A stretch of DNA of 64,000 nt from an uncultured Acidobacteriota bacterium (GTDB lineage: Bacteria; Acidobacteriota; Polarisedimenticolia; J045), in assembly GCA_963702425.1 (NCBI GenBank), contig CAVPCQ010000006.1, positions 128,001 through 192,000 of the forward strand. Direction: 5' to 3'. The notes under the pieces were generated by a model, which saw nothing but the letters and a program-made list of their open reading frames with translations, did not search any database and was not told where the DNA came from. Positions 53,974 to 63,462 of this stretch are shown piece by piece. The position numbers were made by a program, and so were the translations under genes. Numbering within the stretch: position 1 is the stretch's first letter; every line of letters starts with the position of its first letter.

Positions 53974-54001
53974 ATTTGACATAATCATCATTATCGGACA
54001 T
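53974..54001 (-). other. dif: dif site (XerC/XerD chromosome dimer resolution site)
   Basis: Minus strand ATGTCCGATAA-TGATGA-TTATGTCAAAT in an 11-6-11 layout. The XerD arm is one mismatch from E. coli TTATGTTAAAT. It is intergenic and AT-rich, and gene orientation flips nearby. Confidence 0.85.
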
Positions 54002-54060
54002 TGTGGAAAACGGTGCAGGGCGGTGACCTGCGGTAGAATCCGGGTCCCCCGAGGCATGCG

Positions 54061-56499
54061 ATGAGGCTCTGGACGCGGCTCGACCGCTACGTGACCCGCG
54101 AACTCGGGCCGCCGCTCCTACTCGGCTTCGCCGGTTTTACCCTGGTCCTTCTGCTGCAGGCGCTCTTCATGATCGCCCGCCAGACGATCGAGAAACGCGT
54201 CCCGTTCAGCCTGCTTCTGGGCTTCGTCGTGGCCGAGTTGCCCCGGCTCTTCGCCTTCACGATCCCGATGGCGATCCTGCTGGCGGTCCTGGTGGGGATC
54301 GGCCGGATGGCATCCCAGGGCGAGATCACGGCCCTCCGGGCGGCGGGCGTCGGCCCGTCGCGGATCCTCCGCCCGGTCCTCGCCGTCGCTTCGCTCCTCG
54401 TGCTGCTCTCCCTCGCGAACGCCCACTATCTCGTGCCGATGGGCCAGATGAAGCGCCGCGCCCTCGTCCAGGAGATCGTCCGCGCCCGGGACCTCTCCCG
54501 CGAAACCGAACCGGGGGTCTTCTATCGCGGCCTCCCCGGGGCCGTGCTCTACGTCCGCTCCGTCTCCCAGTCGACCGAGGGGCCCGTCTTCGAAGGCGTC
54601 CTCCTCCAGCGACAGACCAACGAGTCGTCCGACTTGATCGTCGCCCGCCGGGGCCGGCCGATCTTCGACCGTGAATCCGGGCGGATCAGCTTCCTCCTCG
54701 ACGACGGCGAATGGCACATGTCCCGCCCCGACCGACCAACGACCTACAGCCGGGTGCGATTCGAACGTCACACGCTCACTTTCCCGCCCGACCCGGCTTT
54801 CCGCGCTTTCACCCGCTCGCGCTTCGAGGACCCGGGCACGCTCGCCGGGCCCCAGCTCTACGAGCAGGTGCGGGAGCTCGACGCCCGGGCCGCCGCGGCG
54901 ACCGAGACGGGCGCGCGGATCGCCGCAGAGCGCAAGGGACGGCTGACTCGGATCGAGTGGCAGCGTCGCTGGGCTATCCCGCTCGCGTGCCTCGCGCTGG
55001 CCTTCGCCGCTTTCCCCCTCGCGATGCGTCACCGCCGCGGCGGCATGTTCGCTGGACTTTCGCAGACCATGATCGTTATCTTCTTCTACTACCTCGTGTT
55101 ATCGACCGGACAGGGGTTCGCGGAACAAGGCACCTGGCCCCCGTGGCTCGCGGCCTGGATACCAGACATCGTTGCCGTCGGATTCGGACTTCTCGCGTGG
55201 CGTGTCGCGGCACGGCCGGAGCGGACCCGCTCACTGGCCGGAGCCCTTGCAGACCTATTCAGACGCCGCCCCAGGGAGACCCGTCTCCCGGGCGCCGTCG
55301 AGGCCACGAAGGCGGCCTCGGGGCCGCAGAGTCCTCCCCCGCCCGCCCCCGAACGGGCGACCGCTCCGCCCCGGCGTCGCCCGCGCTTCGGGCTTCAGAC
55401 CATCGACCTCTACCTCGCGGGCAGCTTCCTCCGCATGACCGCCGCGGTCCTGTTCGTGCTGCTCGTCCTGGCGCTGGCGATCGAGTTCAAGGGAGCGGTG
55501 GACAACGTGCCCGACGACGCCAAGGACTTCCCCTGGCGCTCCGTCCTGGCCTACGTCTTGCTCTCGATCCCCGGCCAGCTCCGCCTCATGGTCCCGATTG
55601 CGGCCCTCGTCGGGGTCTCGATCGCCCTCTCAGCCCTGGCGCGCGCCAACGAGCTGATCGCCATGAAGGCCTCGGGAATCGGTCCGGTCCGGATTGCGGT
55701 TCCGATGGTGGTTGCGGCGGCCGGGATCTCGCTGCTGCTGGTCGCGGTCCAGGAGCGCATCATCCCCGCCGCGGAACGCGAATCGCGCGCGGAACTCGAC
55801 CGGATCGCCGGCAAGTCGAGCGCCCGCGAGGCCGACGGAGGGCGGCGGTGGATCGTCGGCCATGACGATCGTCTGTGGGCGTATCTCGATGTCCCCGCGG
55901 GAAGCGCGGCCCTGGTCGAGCCCGGCGTGGTGGCCGTCGACTGGCCCAACGCGAGAATCCTCGAGCGAATTGAAGCCCGCGAGGCGAACTACGCCGACGG
56001 AACCTGGGACTTCCTCCAGGGCTGGCGCCGCTCGTTCGATGCTCAGGGCGCCGAGAGCTACGAAGCCTACCCGCGCTGGCGCTCCCGCGACACCGAGTCG
56101 CCCGAGCTCTTCGGAGCGGTTCGGAGCGGGATCGTCTTCGGACGCCGGATCGCCGACCAGATGAGCTTCCAGGAGCTTCGCAGCCATCTCCGCCGGATGG
56201 CCAACGCGGGCTACGACGCCGCACCGCTGCTCGTCGGCCTCAACGAGAAGCTCGTGATGCCGTTGCTCCCGATCGTCCTGGTGCTCGTCGCGATCCCGCT
56301 GACGGTATCCGGCTGGTCGCGGCGCGGCTCTCTGGCCGGGTTCGGCTACGCGCTCGTCATCGTCTTCGTCTTCTGGGTGATGTGGGCCGTTTCGACTTCG
56401 CTCGGGAGTGAATCGATCATCGACCCCGTGCTGGCGGTCTGGAGCCCCCCGATCCTGGTCGGCGTGTTCGGGATCTGGCTGCTCGGTCGCGCCCGTTGA
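54061..56499 (+). CDS. Fused LptF-LptG LPS export ABC transporter permease
   Basis: Two YjgP/YjgQ-type halves (LDRY...GEITALRAAGV; IDLY...NELIAMKASGI) joined by a Pro-rich linker. Confidence 0.88.
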   Translation: MRLWTRLDRYVTRELGPPLLLGFAGFTLVLLLQALFMIARQTIEKRVPFSLLLGFVVAELPRLFAFTIPMAILLAVLVGIGRMASQGEITALRAAGVGPSRILRPVLAVASLLVLLSLANAHYLVPMGQMKRRALVQEIVRARDLSRETEPGVFYRGLPGAVLYVRSVSQSTEGPVFEGVLLQRQTNESSDLIVARRGRPIFDRESGRISFLLDDGEWHMSRPDRPTTYSRVRFERHTLTFPPDPAFRAFTRSRFEDPGTLAGPQLYEQVRELDARAAAATETGARIAAERKGRLTRIEWQRRWAIPLACLALAFAAFPLAMRHRRGGMFAGLSQTMIVIFFYYLVLSTGQGFAEQGTWPPWLAAWIPDIVAVGFGLLAWRVAARPERTRSLAGALADLFRRRPRETRLPGAVEATKAASGPQSPPPPAPERATAPPRRRPRFGLQTIDLYLAGSFLRMTAAVLFVLLVLALAIEFKGAVDNVPDDAKDFPWRSVLAYVLLSIPGQLRLMVPIAALVGVSIALSALARANELIAMKASGIGPVRIAVPMVVAAAGISLLLVAVQERIIPAAERESRAELDRIAGKSSAREADGGRRWIVGHDDRLWAYLDVPAGSAALVEPGVVAVDWPNARILERIEAREANYADGTWDFLQGWRRSFDAQGAESYEAYPRWRSRDTESPELFGAVRSGIVFGRRIADQMSFQELRSHLRRMANAGYDAAPLLVGLNEKLVMPLLPIVLVLVAIPLTVSGWSRRGSLAGFGYALVIVFVFWVMWAVSTSLGSESIIDPVLAVWSPPILVGVFGIWLLGRAR

Positions 56500-56505
56500 A
56501 CGGAT

Positions 56506-59500
56506 CTAGGGCCGGCCGTAACGCGCCCCGTGGGGCCCGAGCAACTCCTCCAGTGCAGCGACCAGGGGGCGTCCGGCGCGGACCCGGCGGTGCTCGTCGG
56601 CCTGTAGCACGACGCGGTAGGCGCCCGGCCGGATGACTTCGAAGAAGACCGGCACCGGCCCCGGGTGGTCGGCCAGGATCTCGTTCACGCGCCGGAGCCG
56701 GTCGTCGCCGACGAGCGCGGCATCGATCCGGATCGTGAAGGCCTCGATCGGCCGCAGGGTCGCTGTGTCGAGCGGGACCACCCCCTCGGCGAGCAGCCGG
56801 ACGGGCCCCTCCTCCCCGTCCGCCCGCCCGCGCACCACCACCGCCCGTTCGTCGGCCAGGGCCTCGCTGACGTCGCGGTAGAGCTTCGGGAAGACGACGA
56901 CCTCCACGCTCCCCGTCATGTCCTCGAGGTGGAAGGTCGCCATCCAGTCGCCCTTGTTGGTGCGCTTGCGCTTGAGCCCGGCGATCAGGCCGCCGACGGT
57001 CACCTCGCCGCCGCCGCGCAGCGCGGAGACGGTGTGCGTCGCGACCTCCTCCAGCCGCTCGCGCAGCGCGTCGAGCGGGTGTCCCGAGAGGTAGAAGCCG
57101 AGCGCCTCCTTCTCCCCGGCAAGCCGGTCGCGGTCGGGCCACGGCGGCACCTCCGGCAGCCTCGAGGCCGACGTCGGCGCCAGCGGCTCGTCGCCGCCGA
57201 ACAGGGAGTGCTGCCCGGTCGACCGCGCGGCCGCGACCCGCGCGGCGCGCTCCATCGCGGCCTCGACGGCGGCGAAGAGCCGCGACCGCTCGCCGAGCGC
57301 GTCGAGCGCGCCCGACTTGATCAGCGCCTCGAGCGCGCGCCGGTTCAGCAGGCGCCGGTCGACCTCCAGGCCGAGCTCGTCCAGGCTGGAGAAGCTCCCC
57401 AGTCGCCCGCGGGCCTCGAGGATCGCGTCGACGGTTCCCTCCCCCACGCCCCGCAGCGCGGCCATCCCGAACCGCACCGCCTCCCCCTCGACCTCGAAGT
57501 AGCGCCCCGAGCGGTTGACGTCGGGCGGAAGGACCGGGATGCCCATCTCACGGCACTCGCCGAGGTACTCGACCAGCTTGTCGGTGTTGTCCTTCTCCGT
57601 GGTCAGGAGCGCCGCCATGAACGCCACCGGGTCATGGGCCTTCAGGTACGCCGTCTGGAAGGCAACCAGCGCGTAGGCTGCCGAGTGCGATTTGTTGAAG
57701 CCATAGCCCGCGAAGTGCTGCATCAGGTCGAAGACGTGCGCGGCGTCATCCGTCCGGACGCCCTTCCCCCCCGCCCCCTGGACGAACCCCTCGCGCTCCG
57801 ACGCCATCGCCTCGGCCTTCTTCTTGCCCATCGCGCGCCGCAGCTGGTCGGCCTGTCCCAGCGAATACCCGCCCAGGACCGAGGCGCACTGCATTACCTG
57901 TTCCTGGTAGACCATCACGCCGTAGGTCGGCTTCAGGATCGGCTCGAGCAACGGGTGCGGATAGGCCACCTTGACCCGGCCGTGACGCCGCTGGATGAAA
58001 TCGTCGATCATCCCGGCCCCGAGCGGCCCGGGGCGGTAGAGCGCGTTCAGCGCGATCAGGTCGTCGAAGCGCTCCGGCTGCATCCGGCGCAGGATGTCGC
58101 GCATCCCCGATGATTCGAACTGGAACACGCCCGCGGTGTGCGCCGCGCGAAACAGCGCGAAAGTCTTGGGGTCGTCGAGCGGCAGGTGGTCCACGTCGGG
58201 GGGCGTGCGGCCAGTCTTCGCGATCAGCGCCACGCAGTCGGCGATGAGCGTCAACGTCTTCAGGCCGAGGAAGTCCATCTTGAGCAGGCCGACGGCCTCG
58301 ATCTCGTCCTTCGCCCACTGGGTGGTGATCTCGTCGCGGTTCGACTGCGTCGACAGTGGTGCGAACTCCACGACCGGACGCGGCGTGATGACGACTCCGG
58401 CCGCGTGGGTGCTGGCGTGCCGCGACAGCCCCTCGATCCGCAGCGCAATGTCGAGCAGCTCCTTCTCCCGGCCTTCACCCTCCTGCAGCAGCTTGAGCCC
58501 CGGCACCTCGCGGATCGCGTCCTCGAGCCGCTTGCCGAGCTCGTCGGGCACCAGCTTCGCGATCCGGTCGGCGTCCGCGTACGGGAAGCCCAGCACGCGG
58601 GCCGCGTCGCGGATCGCGGCCTTGGCGGCCATCGTGCCGAAAGTGATGATCTGGGCCACGTTCTCGCGGCCGTACTTGCCGCGGACGTAGTCGATCACCT
58701 CCTCGCGGCGGCGGAAGCAGAAATCGATGTCGATGTCCGGCATCGACACGCGCTCGGGGTTCAGGAAGCGCTCGAACAGCAGGTCGTACTGCAGCGGATC
58801 GATGTCGGTGATTCGCAGGCAGAACGCCACCAGCGACCCGGCCGCCGAGCCGCGTCCGGGGCCGACCGGGATCCCCTGCTCGCGGGCATGCCGGATGAAG
58901 TCCCAGGTGACGAGGAAATAGCCGGCGAACCCCATCTGGACGATCGTGCCCATCTCCCAGGCCAGCCGCTTCTCGTACTCCTCGAGCGGGTGCCGCAGCA
59001 GCCCCGCCTGCTCCGCCGCGTGCCAGCCCGGCCGCCGCGCCTCGAACCCGCGCCGCACCTCGGCCCGGAAGGCGCTCTCGAGCGTCTCGCCGGGCGGGAC
59101 CGGGAAGTCCGGCACGAGCGTGCGTCCCAGATCGAGCTTGACGTCGCAGCGTTCGGCGACTTCCAGCGTGTTCTCCAGCGCGTCCGGCCGCCAGGCGAAG
59201 CACTCTCCCATCTCGTCGGCGGTCTTGAAGTAGTGCTCGGTCGTGTAGTGCATGCGGTCGGTATCGTCGCGCTTCTTGCCCGTGCCGATGCAGACCAGGA
59301 CGTCGTGCGCCGCGTGATCCTCGCGCTGCAGGAAGTGCGTGTCGTTGGTCGCGACCAGCGGGAGTCCGGTCTCCTCGTGCAGTCTGACCAGCCCCTCGTT
59401 GACGATCTTCTCCTCGGGGATCCCCTGGTCCTGCAGCTCGAGGTAGACGTTCTCGGGGCCGAAGATCCCCACCAGTTCGTCCAGCGCCTCGCGGGCGCGG

Positions 59501-59964
59501 GCGTGGTCGCGCTGCCGCAGGTAAGTCGGGACCTCGGCCGCCAGGCACCCCGAGAGCGCGATGATCCCCTCGGCGTGCTCGCGCAGCAGCTCCTTGTCGA
59601 CGCGCGGGCGGTAGTAGTACCCCTCGAGGTAGCCGAGCGTCGAGAGCCGGGTGAGGTTGGAGAAGCCGGTCGAGGTCGCGGCGAGCAGGGTGAGGTGGTA
59701 GTAGGGCTTGCGCCCCGGACCGCCCGGCGAGCGGTCGAAACGGCTGCCCGGCGCAACGTAGACCTCGCAGCCGAGGATCGGTTTGATTCCGGCCTTCAGC
59801 GCCGCCTGGTAGAACTTGATCGCGCCGTGCAGGTTGCCGTGATCCGTCATCGCGACGGCCGGCATGCCCAGTTCCTTGGCCCGTGCCACGAGCCGTCCGA
59901 CGGGCTGGGCCCCGTCGAGCAGGCTGAACTCGGTGTGGTTGTGCAGGTGGACGAAGGAACTCAC
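56506..59964 (-). CDS. dnaE: DNA polymerase III alpha subunit
   Basis: FVHLHNHTEFSLLDG, GPGRGSAAGS, FERFLNPERVSMPDIDIDF, LLKMDFLGL, YGFNKSH. Confidence 0.97.
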   Translation of the reverse strand: MSSFVHLHNHTEFSLLDGAQPVGRLVARAKELGMPAVAMTDHGNLHGAIKFYQAALKAGIKPILGCEVYVAPGSRFDRSPGGPGRKPYYHLTLLAATSTGFSNLTRLSTLGYLEGYYYRPRVDKELLREHAEGIIALSGCLAAEVPTYLRQRDHARAREALDELVGIFGPENVYLELQDQGIPEEKIVNEGLVRLHEETGLPLVATNDTHFLQREDHAAHDVLVCIGTGKKRDDTDRMHYTTEHYFKTADEMGECFAWRPDALENTLEVAERCDVKLDLGRTLVPDFPVPPGETLESAFRAEVRRGFEARRPGWHAAEQAGLLRHPLEEYEKRLAWEMGTIVQMGFAGYFLVTWDFIRHAREQGIPVGPGRGSAAGSLVAFCLRITDIDPLQYDLLFERFLNPERVSMPDIDIDFCFRRREEVIDYVRGKYGRENVAQIITFGTMAAKAAIRDAARVLGFPYADADRIAKLVPDELGKRLEDAIREVPGLKLLQEGEGREKELLDIALRIEGLSRHASTHAAGVVITPRPVVEFAPLSTQSNRDEITTQWAKDEIEAVGLLKMDFLGLKTLTLIADCVALIAKTGRTPPDVDHLPLDDPKTFALFRAAHTAGVFQFESSGMRDILRRMQPERFDDLIALNALYRPGPLGAGMIDDFIQRRHGRVKVAYPHPLLEPILKPTYGVMVYQEQVMQCASVLGGYSLGQADQLRRAMGKKKAEAMASEREGFVQGAGGKGVRTDDAAHVFDLMQHFAGYGFNKSHSAAYALVAFQTAYLKAHDPVAFMAALLTTEKDNTDKLVEYLGECREMGIPVLPPDVNRSGRYFEVEGEAVRFGMAALRGVGEGTVDAILEARGRLGSFSSLDELGLEVDRRLLNRRALEALIKSGALDALGERSRLFAAVEAAMERAARVAAARSTGQHSLFGGDEPLAPTSASRLPEVPPWPDRDRLAGEKEALGFYLSGHPLDALRERLEEVATHTVSALRGGGEVTVGGLIAGLKRKRTNKGDWMATFHLEDMTGSVEVVVFPKLYRDVSEALADERAVVVRGRADGEEGPVRLLAEGVVPLDTATLRPIEAFTIRIDAALVGDDRLRRVNEILADHPGPVPVFFEVIRPGAYRVVLQADEHRRVRAGRPLVAALEELLGPHGARYGRP

Positions 59965-59987
59965 GGCGCTCTTCCTGAAGTCTTGAC

Positions 59988-60168
59988 TGTAGGGCCGCCC
60001 TCTGTGCCGCCGCTCGGGCCGGCACGGAGGCCGGCCCCTACATCCGTCTGCCGCGGCGGCCGGCCTCGTGCACCTCGGGCGCAGGCCGCTACTCCGGGCC
60101 TCGGCACGGAGGCCGGCCCCTACATCCGTCTTGCACGACCGCGGGCCGGCACAGAGGCCGGCCCCTAC
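59988..60168. repeat. Cluster of GTAG-type REP-like palindromes (three minus-strand copies, one degenerate inverted copy)
   Basis: Unit GTAG-GGGCCGGC-CTCYGT-GCCGGCCC on the minus strand at about 60016-60041, 60096-60123 and 60143-60168; inverted degenerate copy at 59989-60011. Confidence 0.8.
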
Positions 60169-61712
60169 TCCCACTCGATTGTAGCAGGGGGCTTCGAGGT
60201 GATGTCGTAGACCACGCGGTTGACGCCGCGCACCTCTCCGACGATGCGTCCGGCCGCGCGCGCGAGCAGATCGTGCGGCAGCCGCGACCAATCGGCGGTC
60301 ATGAAGTCGTCGGTGTTGACCGAGCGCAGCGCGATCACGTGCTCGTAGGTCCGGCCGTCGCCCATCACGCCGACCGTCTTGAGCGGCAGGAAGACCGCGA
60401 AGGCCTGCGAGGTTCGGTCGATCCAGCCCGATTCCTGGAGTTCCTCGCGGAAGATCGCGTCGGCCTCGCGCAGCATCAGCAGCCGCTCCTCGTTCACCTC
60501 GCCGATGATCCGCACCGCGAGCCCCGGCCCGGGGAAGGGGTGCCGGTGGACGAAGGCGTGGTCCAGCCCCAGCCGCTCGCCCAGCTCGCGCACCTCGTCC
60601 TTGAAGAGCCACGCCAGGGGCTCGATCAGCCCGAGCTTCATCCGCTCCGGCAGGCCACCGACGTTGTGGTGCGTCTTGATCGTCGCCGAGGGGCCGCCGC
60701 TGACGGTCTTCGACTCGATCCGGTCGGGGTAGATCGTCCCCTGCGCCAACCACGTCGCGCCGCTCCGCGCGGCGTACTCCTCGAACACCGCGACGAACTC
60801 GCGGCCGATGATCCGGCGCTTCTGCTCGGGCTCGGCGACGCCGGCGAGTGCGTCGAGGAAGCGCTTCCGTGCGTCGGCCCGCTGGACGTGCAGCCCGTAG
60901 CGTCCGCGGAAGGTCGAGACGACCTGCTCGGCCTCCGCCTTGCGCAGGAGGCCGTTGTCGACGAACACCGCTTCGAGCCGCTCGCCGATCGCACGGTGGA
61001 CGAGCAGCGCCATCACGGACGAGTCGACGCCGCCGGACAGCGCGCAGACGACGCGCCCCTCGCCTCCGACCTTGCGCTGGATCTCCGAGATCGCCTCGCG
61101 CTCGTAGGCGGCCATCGACCAGTCGCCCGAACAGCCGCAGACGTCGAGCGCGAACCGCCGCAGGAACGCGCTGCCGTGTTCGGTGTGCCGCACCTCGGGG
61201 TGGAACTGCACGGCGTAGCGGTGGCGCCGGGGGTCTTCGGCCGCCGCGAACGGCGTGCTCGAGGTCCTGGCGACAGCGTGCATCCCGGGCGGGAGGGCGG
61301 TGATGCTGTCGCCGTGGCTCATCCAGACGACGCTCTCACGCGGCCAGTCGGAGAAGAGCACGGAGGGCGCCCCGTCGAGCTCCAGCGTGGCGCGGCCGAA
61401 CTCGCGCTCGGGAGCCGGCTCGACCCGTCCGCCGCAGCGGTGCGCCAGGATCTGCATTCCGTAGCAGATCCCCAGCACCGGCTTCCCGGTCGCCAAGACC
61501 TCGTCGGTGACGGTCGGGGCGGTCGGCTCGTACACCGATGCGGGGCCGCCGGAGAGCACGATGCCCCGCACTTCCGGCGCCGCGATGCGCGCCGCCGCCT
61601 CGGCCGGCGGAACGACGACCGCGAACACGCCTGCCTCGCGGATCCGGCGGGCGATCAGCTGCGTCACCTGGCTGCCGAAGTCGATCACCAGGATCGTTTC
61701 GTGGAGCGCCAC
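60165..61712 (-). CDS. guaA: GMP synthase (glutamine-hydrolysing)
   Basis: DFGSQ, GICYGMQ, QFHPEV, LSGGVDSSV, IKTHHNVGGLP, DITSKPPATIEWE. Confidence 0.97.
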   Translation of the reverse strand: MALHETILVIDFGSQVTQLIARRIREAGVFAVVVPPAEAAARIAAPEVRGIVLSGGPASVYEPTAPTVTDEVLATGKPVLGICYGMQILAHRCGGRVEPAPEREFGRATLELDGAPSVLFSDWPRESVVWMSHGDSITALPPGMHAVARTSSTPFAAAEDPRRHRYAVQFHPEVRHTEHGSAFLRRFALDVCGCSGDWSMAAYEREAISEIQRKVGGEGRVVCALSGGVDSSVMALLVHRAIGERLEAVFVDNGLLRKAEAEQVVSTFRGRYGLHVQRADARKRFLDALAGVAEPEQKRRIIGREFVAVFEEYAARSGATWLAQGTIYPDRIESKTVSGGPSATIKTHHNVGGLPERMKLGLIEPLAWLFKDEVRELGERLGLDHAFVHRHPFPGPGLAVRIIGEVNEERLLMLREADAIFREELQESGWIDRTSQAFAVFLPLKTVGVMGDGRTYEHVIALRSVNTDDFMTADWSRLPHDLLARAAGRIVGEVRGVNRVVYDITSKPPATIEWE

Positions 61713-61716
61713 GTCC

Positions 61717-62748
61717 TCACCTCCGCGGCAGCGCGAACGCCTGCACGACGCCCGCGAGCGCCTGCCAGGCGTCGCCGCCGGACTTGAGCCGCCCATCGGC
61801 GGCGACGCAGGCGGCCATCGCGTCGCCCGCCCGCGCGCCGACCTTGCGCGCCGCCTGCGCGTACTTGCCCGCCGTGAATGGGTGGCAGCCGAGCGCCTCC
61901 CGCACCTCGTCTGCGCCGCCGCCGCGCCCGACGACGTCGTACGCGGCGGCGAGCCGCCTCGAGATCGACGCCAACTGGCCGAGCAGGACGAGCGGCGCGC
62001 TGCTATCCGTCCCGACCAGGCGCCGCCCGAGGATCTCGACAGCCCCCGCGGCGTCTCCCCCCAGGAGAGCGTCCTCGAGGGCAAAGGCCCCGACCGCTCG
62101 CCCGGGGCCCAGCATCTCCTCGACCGTCTCGACGCCGATCCCCTTCCCCGCCGCCGAGCCGGAAGCGCCCGAGACGAGCGCAAGCTTGTCGAGCTCCCGC
62201 TCGGCGATCGCGGTGTTGGTTCCGACCGCCTCGGCCAGCGCGCGGGCCGCGGGTCCGGTCAGCTTGAGGCCGCGCTCCGACGCCTTCGCGGCGACCCAGG
62301 ACGCCATCTCGCGCTCCTTCGGGAGCGGGCAATCCACCACCAGACCGACCGCCTCGAGACGCTTGATCACCCTGAGGCGCCGGTCCGTCTTCTCGACGAC
62401 GAAGACCAGCGTGGCGTGCGGCGGCGGGCGCTCGAGGTACTGCTCGAGCGCCTCCTGGGGGTCGATTCCGCCGCCACCGCTCGCCGCCAGCCCCTGGGGC
62501 TCGACGGCGATCACGATCCGCCGGCCCCCCAGCAGCGTGCGGGTGCGCGCGGCATCGAGCGCCCGCGCCAGCGGCGCGTCGGTGAGACGGTCGACGCCGG
62601 TCAGCCGCTCGTCCTCGGGCAGCCCCGCGACCAGCGTGTCGACCACGTGCCGCGCGGCGACCTCGTCCTCGCCGACCACGAGCACCACGGGCGGCCAGCG
62701 GCCGGCCGCGAGTTCTCGTGCGAGCGGACTGCGCGGCGCTGCCGTCAC
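61717..62748 (-). CDS. holA: DNA polymerase III delta subunit
   Basis: PVVLVVGED, TLLGGRRIV, YLERPP...LVF, ELDKL, D..LKSG; follows lptE. Confidence 0.8.
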   Translation of the reverse strand: MTAAPRSPLARELAAGRWPPVVLVVGEDEVAARHVVDTLVAGLPEDERLTGVDRLTDAPLARALDAARTRTLLGGRRIVIAVEPQGLAASGGGGIDPQEALEQYLERPPPHATLVFVVEKTDRRLRVIKRLEAVGLVVDCPLPKEREMASWVAAKASERGLKLTGPAARALAEAVGTNTAIAERELDKLALVSGASGSAAGKGIGVETVEEMLGPGRAVGAFALEDALLGGDAAGAVEILGRRLVGTDSSAPLVLLGQLASISRRLAAAYDVVGRGGGADEVREALGCHPFTAGKYAQAARKVGARAGDAMAACVAADGRLKSGGDAWQALAGVVQAFALPRR

Positions 62749-62750
62749 GG

Positions 62751-63356
62751 TCAGAACCCCTCGAGGATCGCGGTCACGACCGACCGCGCGAAATCGCGTG
62801 CGATCTGGTCGGTGGCCACGATCACCTGATCGACCGGGGCGTCGGGAACGCTGGGAATGTCGTACTGCTGCGTGAAGACGAAGTTGTCGCGGCTCCAGAG
62901 GACCTTCTCCGGCACCGTCTGCACCAGCCGCATGCGGGCCGTAATGACCACCTCGGAGCGCTCCGACCGGCCGCCCTGCGAGAAACTGATCGGGTTGGTG
63001 CGGAAGGAGAGCACCACCCCCTCGAGGACGACCTGGGCGTCCTTCTCGTCGGGTACTGCGCGGTAGCGGCCGCGCACCACGAACTCGTTGATCAGCGCCT
63101 CGGTGACGCGCTGCGCGATCTCCGGGCGGGTCGTCTCGTTCTCGACCAACGGGATCGCGATCGTTTCGGTCCCCGGCGGGATCACCGACTGCACGCCGCC
63201 GGTCCCGGCGAGGCGATAGCCGCAGCCGGCGCCGGCCAGCGCGACGAGCCCGGCGACGGCGACCAGGCCGCGGCCCCGCCGCGCCTCCCGCGGCCGCGGG
63301 CTCGCGGTAGGCCGGTCCCGGCAGAGCGTGCTGGAGAACGCGTTCATGGGCGGCAT
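62751..63356 (-). CDS. lptE: LptE-like lipoprotein
   Basis: Lipobox AGAG-C followed by GYRL; TIAIP..EN.T..PEI; adjacent to holA and leuS. Start uncertain. Confidence 0.75.
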   Translation of the reverse strand: MPPMNAFSSTLCRDRPTASPRPREARRGRGLVAVAGLVALAGAGCGYRLAGTGGVQSVIPPGTETIAIPLVENETTRPEIAQRVTEALINEFVVRGRYRAVPDEKDAQVVLEGVVLSFRTNPISFSQGGRSERSEVVITARMRLVQTVPEKVLWSRDNFVFTQQYDIPSVPDAPVDQVIVATDQIARDFARSVVTAILEGF

Positions 63357-63462
63357 CGACCCCGAAGCCCCGACGGCGCGCGAGCGCCACGCGCGGCGGG
63401 AAAGGGTCACGATAGCCGCCCGGGAACGCCGTGCCAAGCCCCGCCGGGTATACTCCCGCGCC

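Noticed and set aside
52206-54060. oriC next to parAB
   Set aside because: Only one DnaA-box match and no dnaA, dnaN or gidA. Genes converge here rather than diverge, and a dif motif is present.
58728-58748. Inverted repeat TGTCGATG-N5-CATCGACA in dnaE
   Set aside because: Encodes the conserved SMPDIDID catalytic motif and is explained by protein constraint.
59988-60168. Possible CRISPR array
   Set aside because: Irregular spacing, one inverted copy, no cas genes; fits a REP structure instead.
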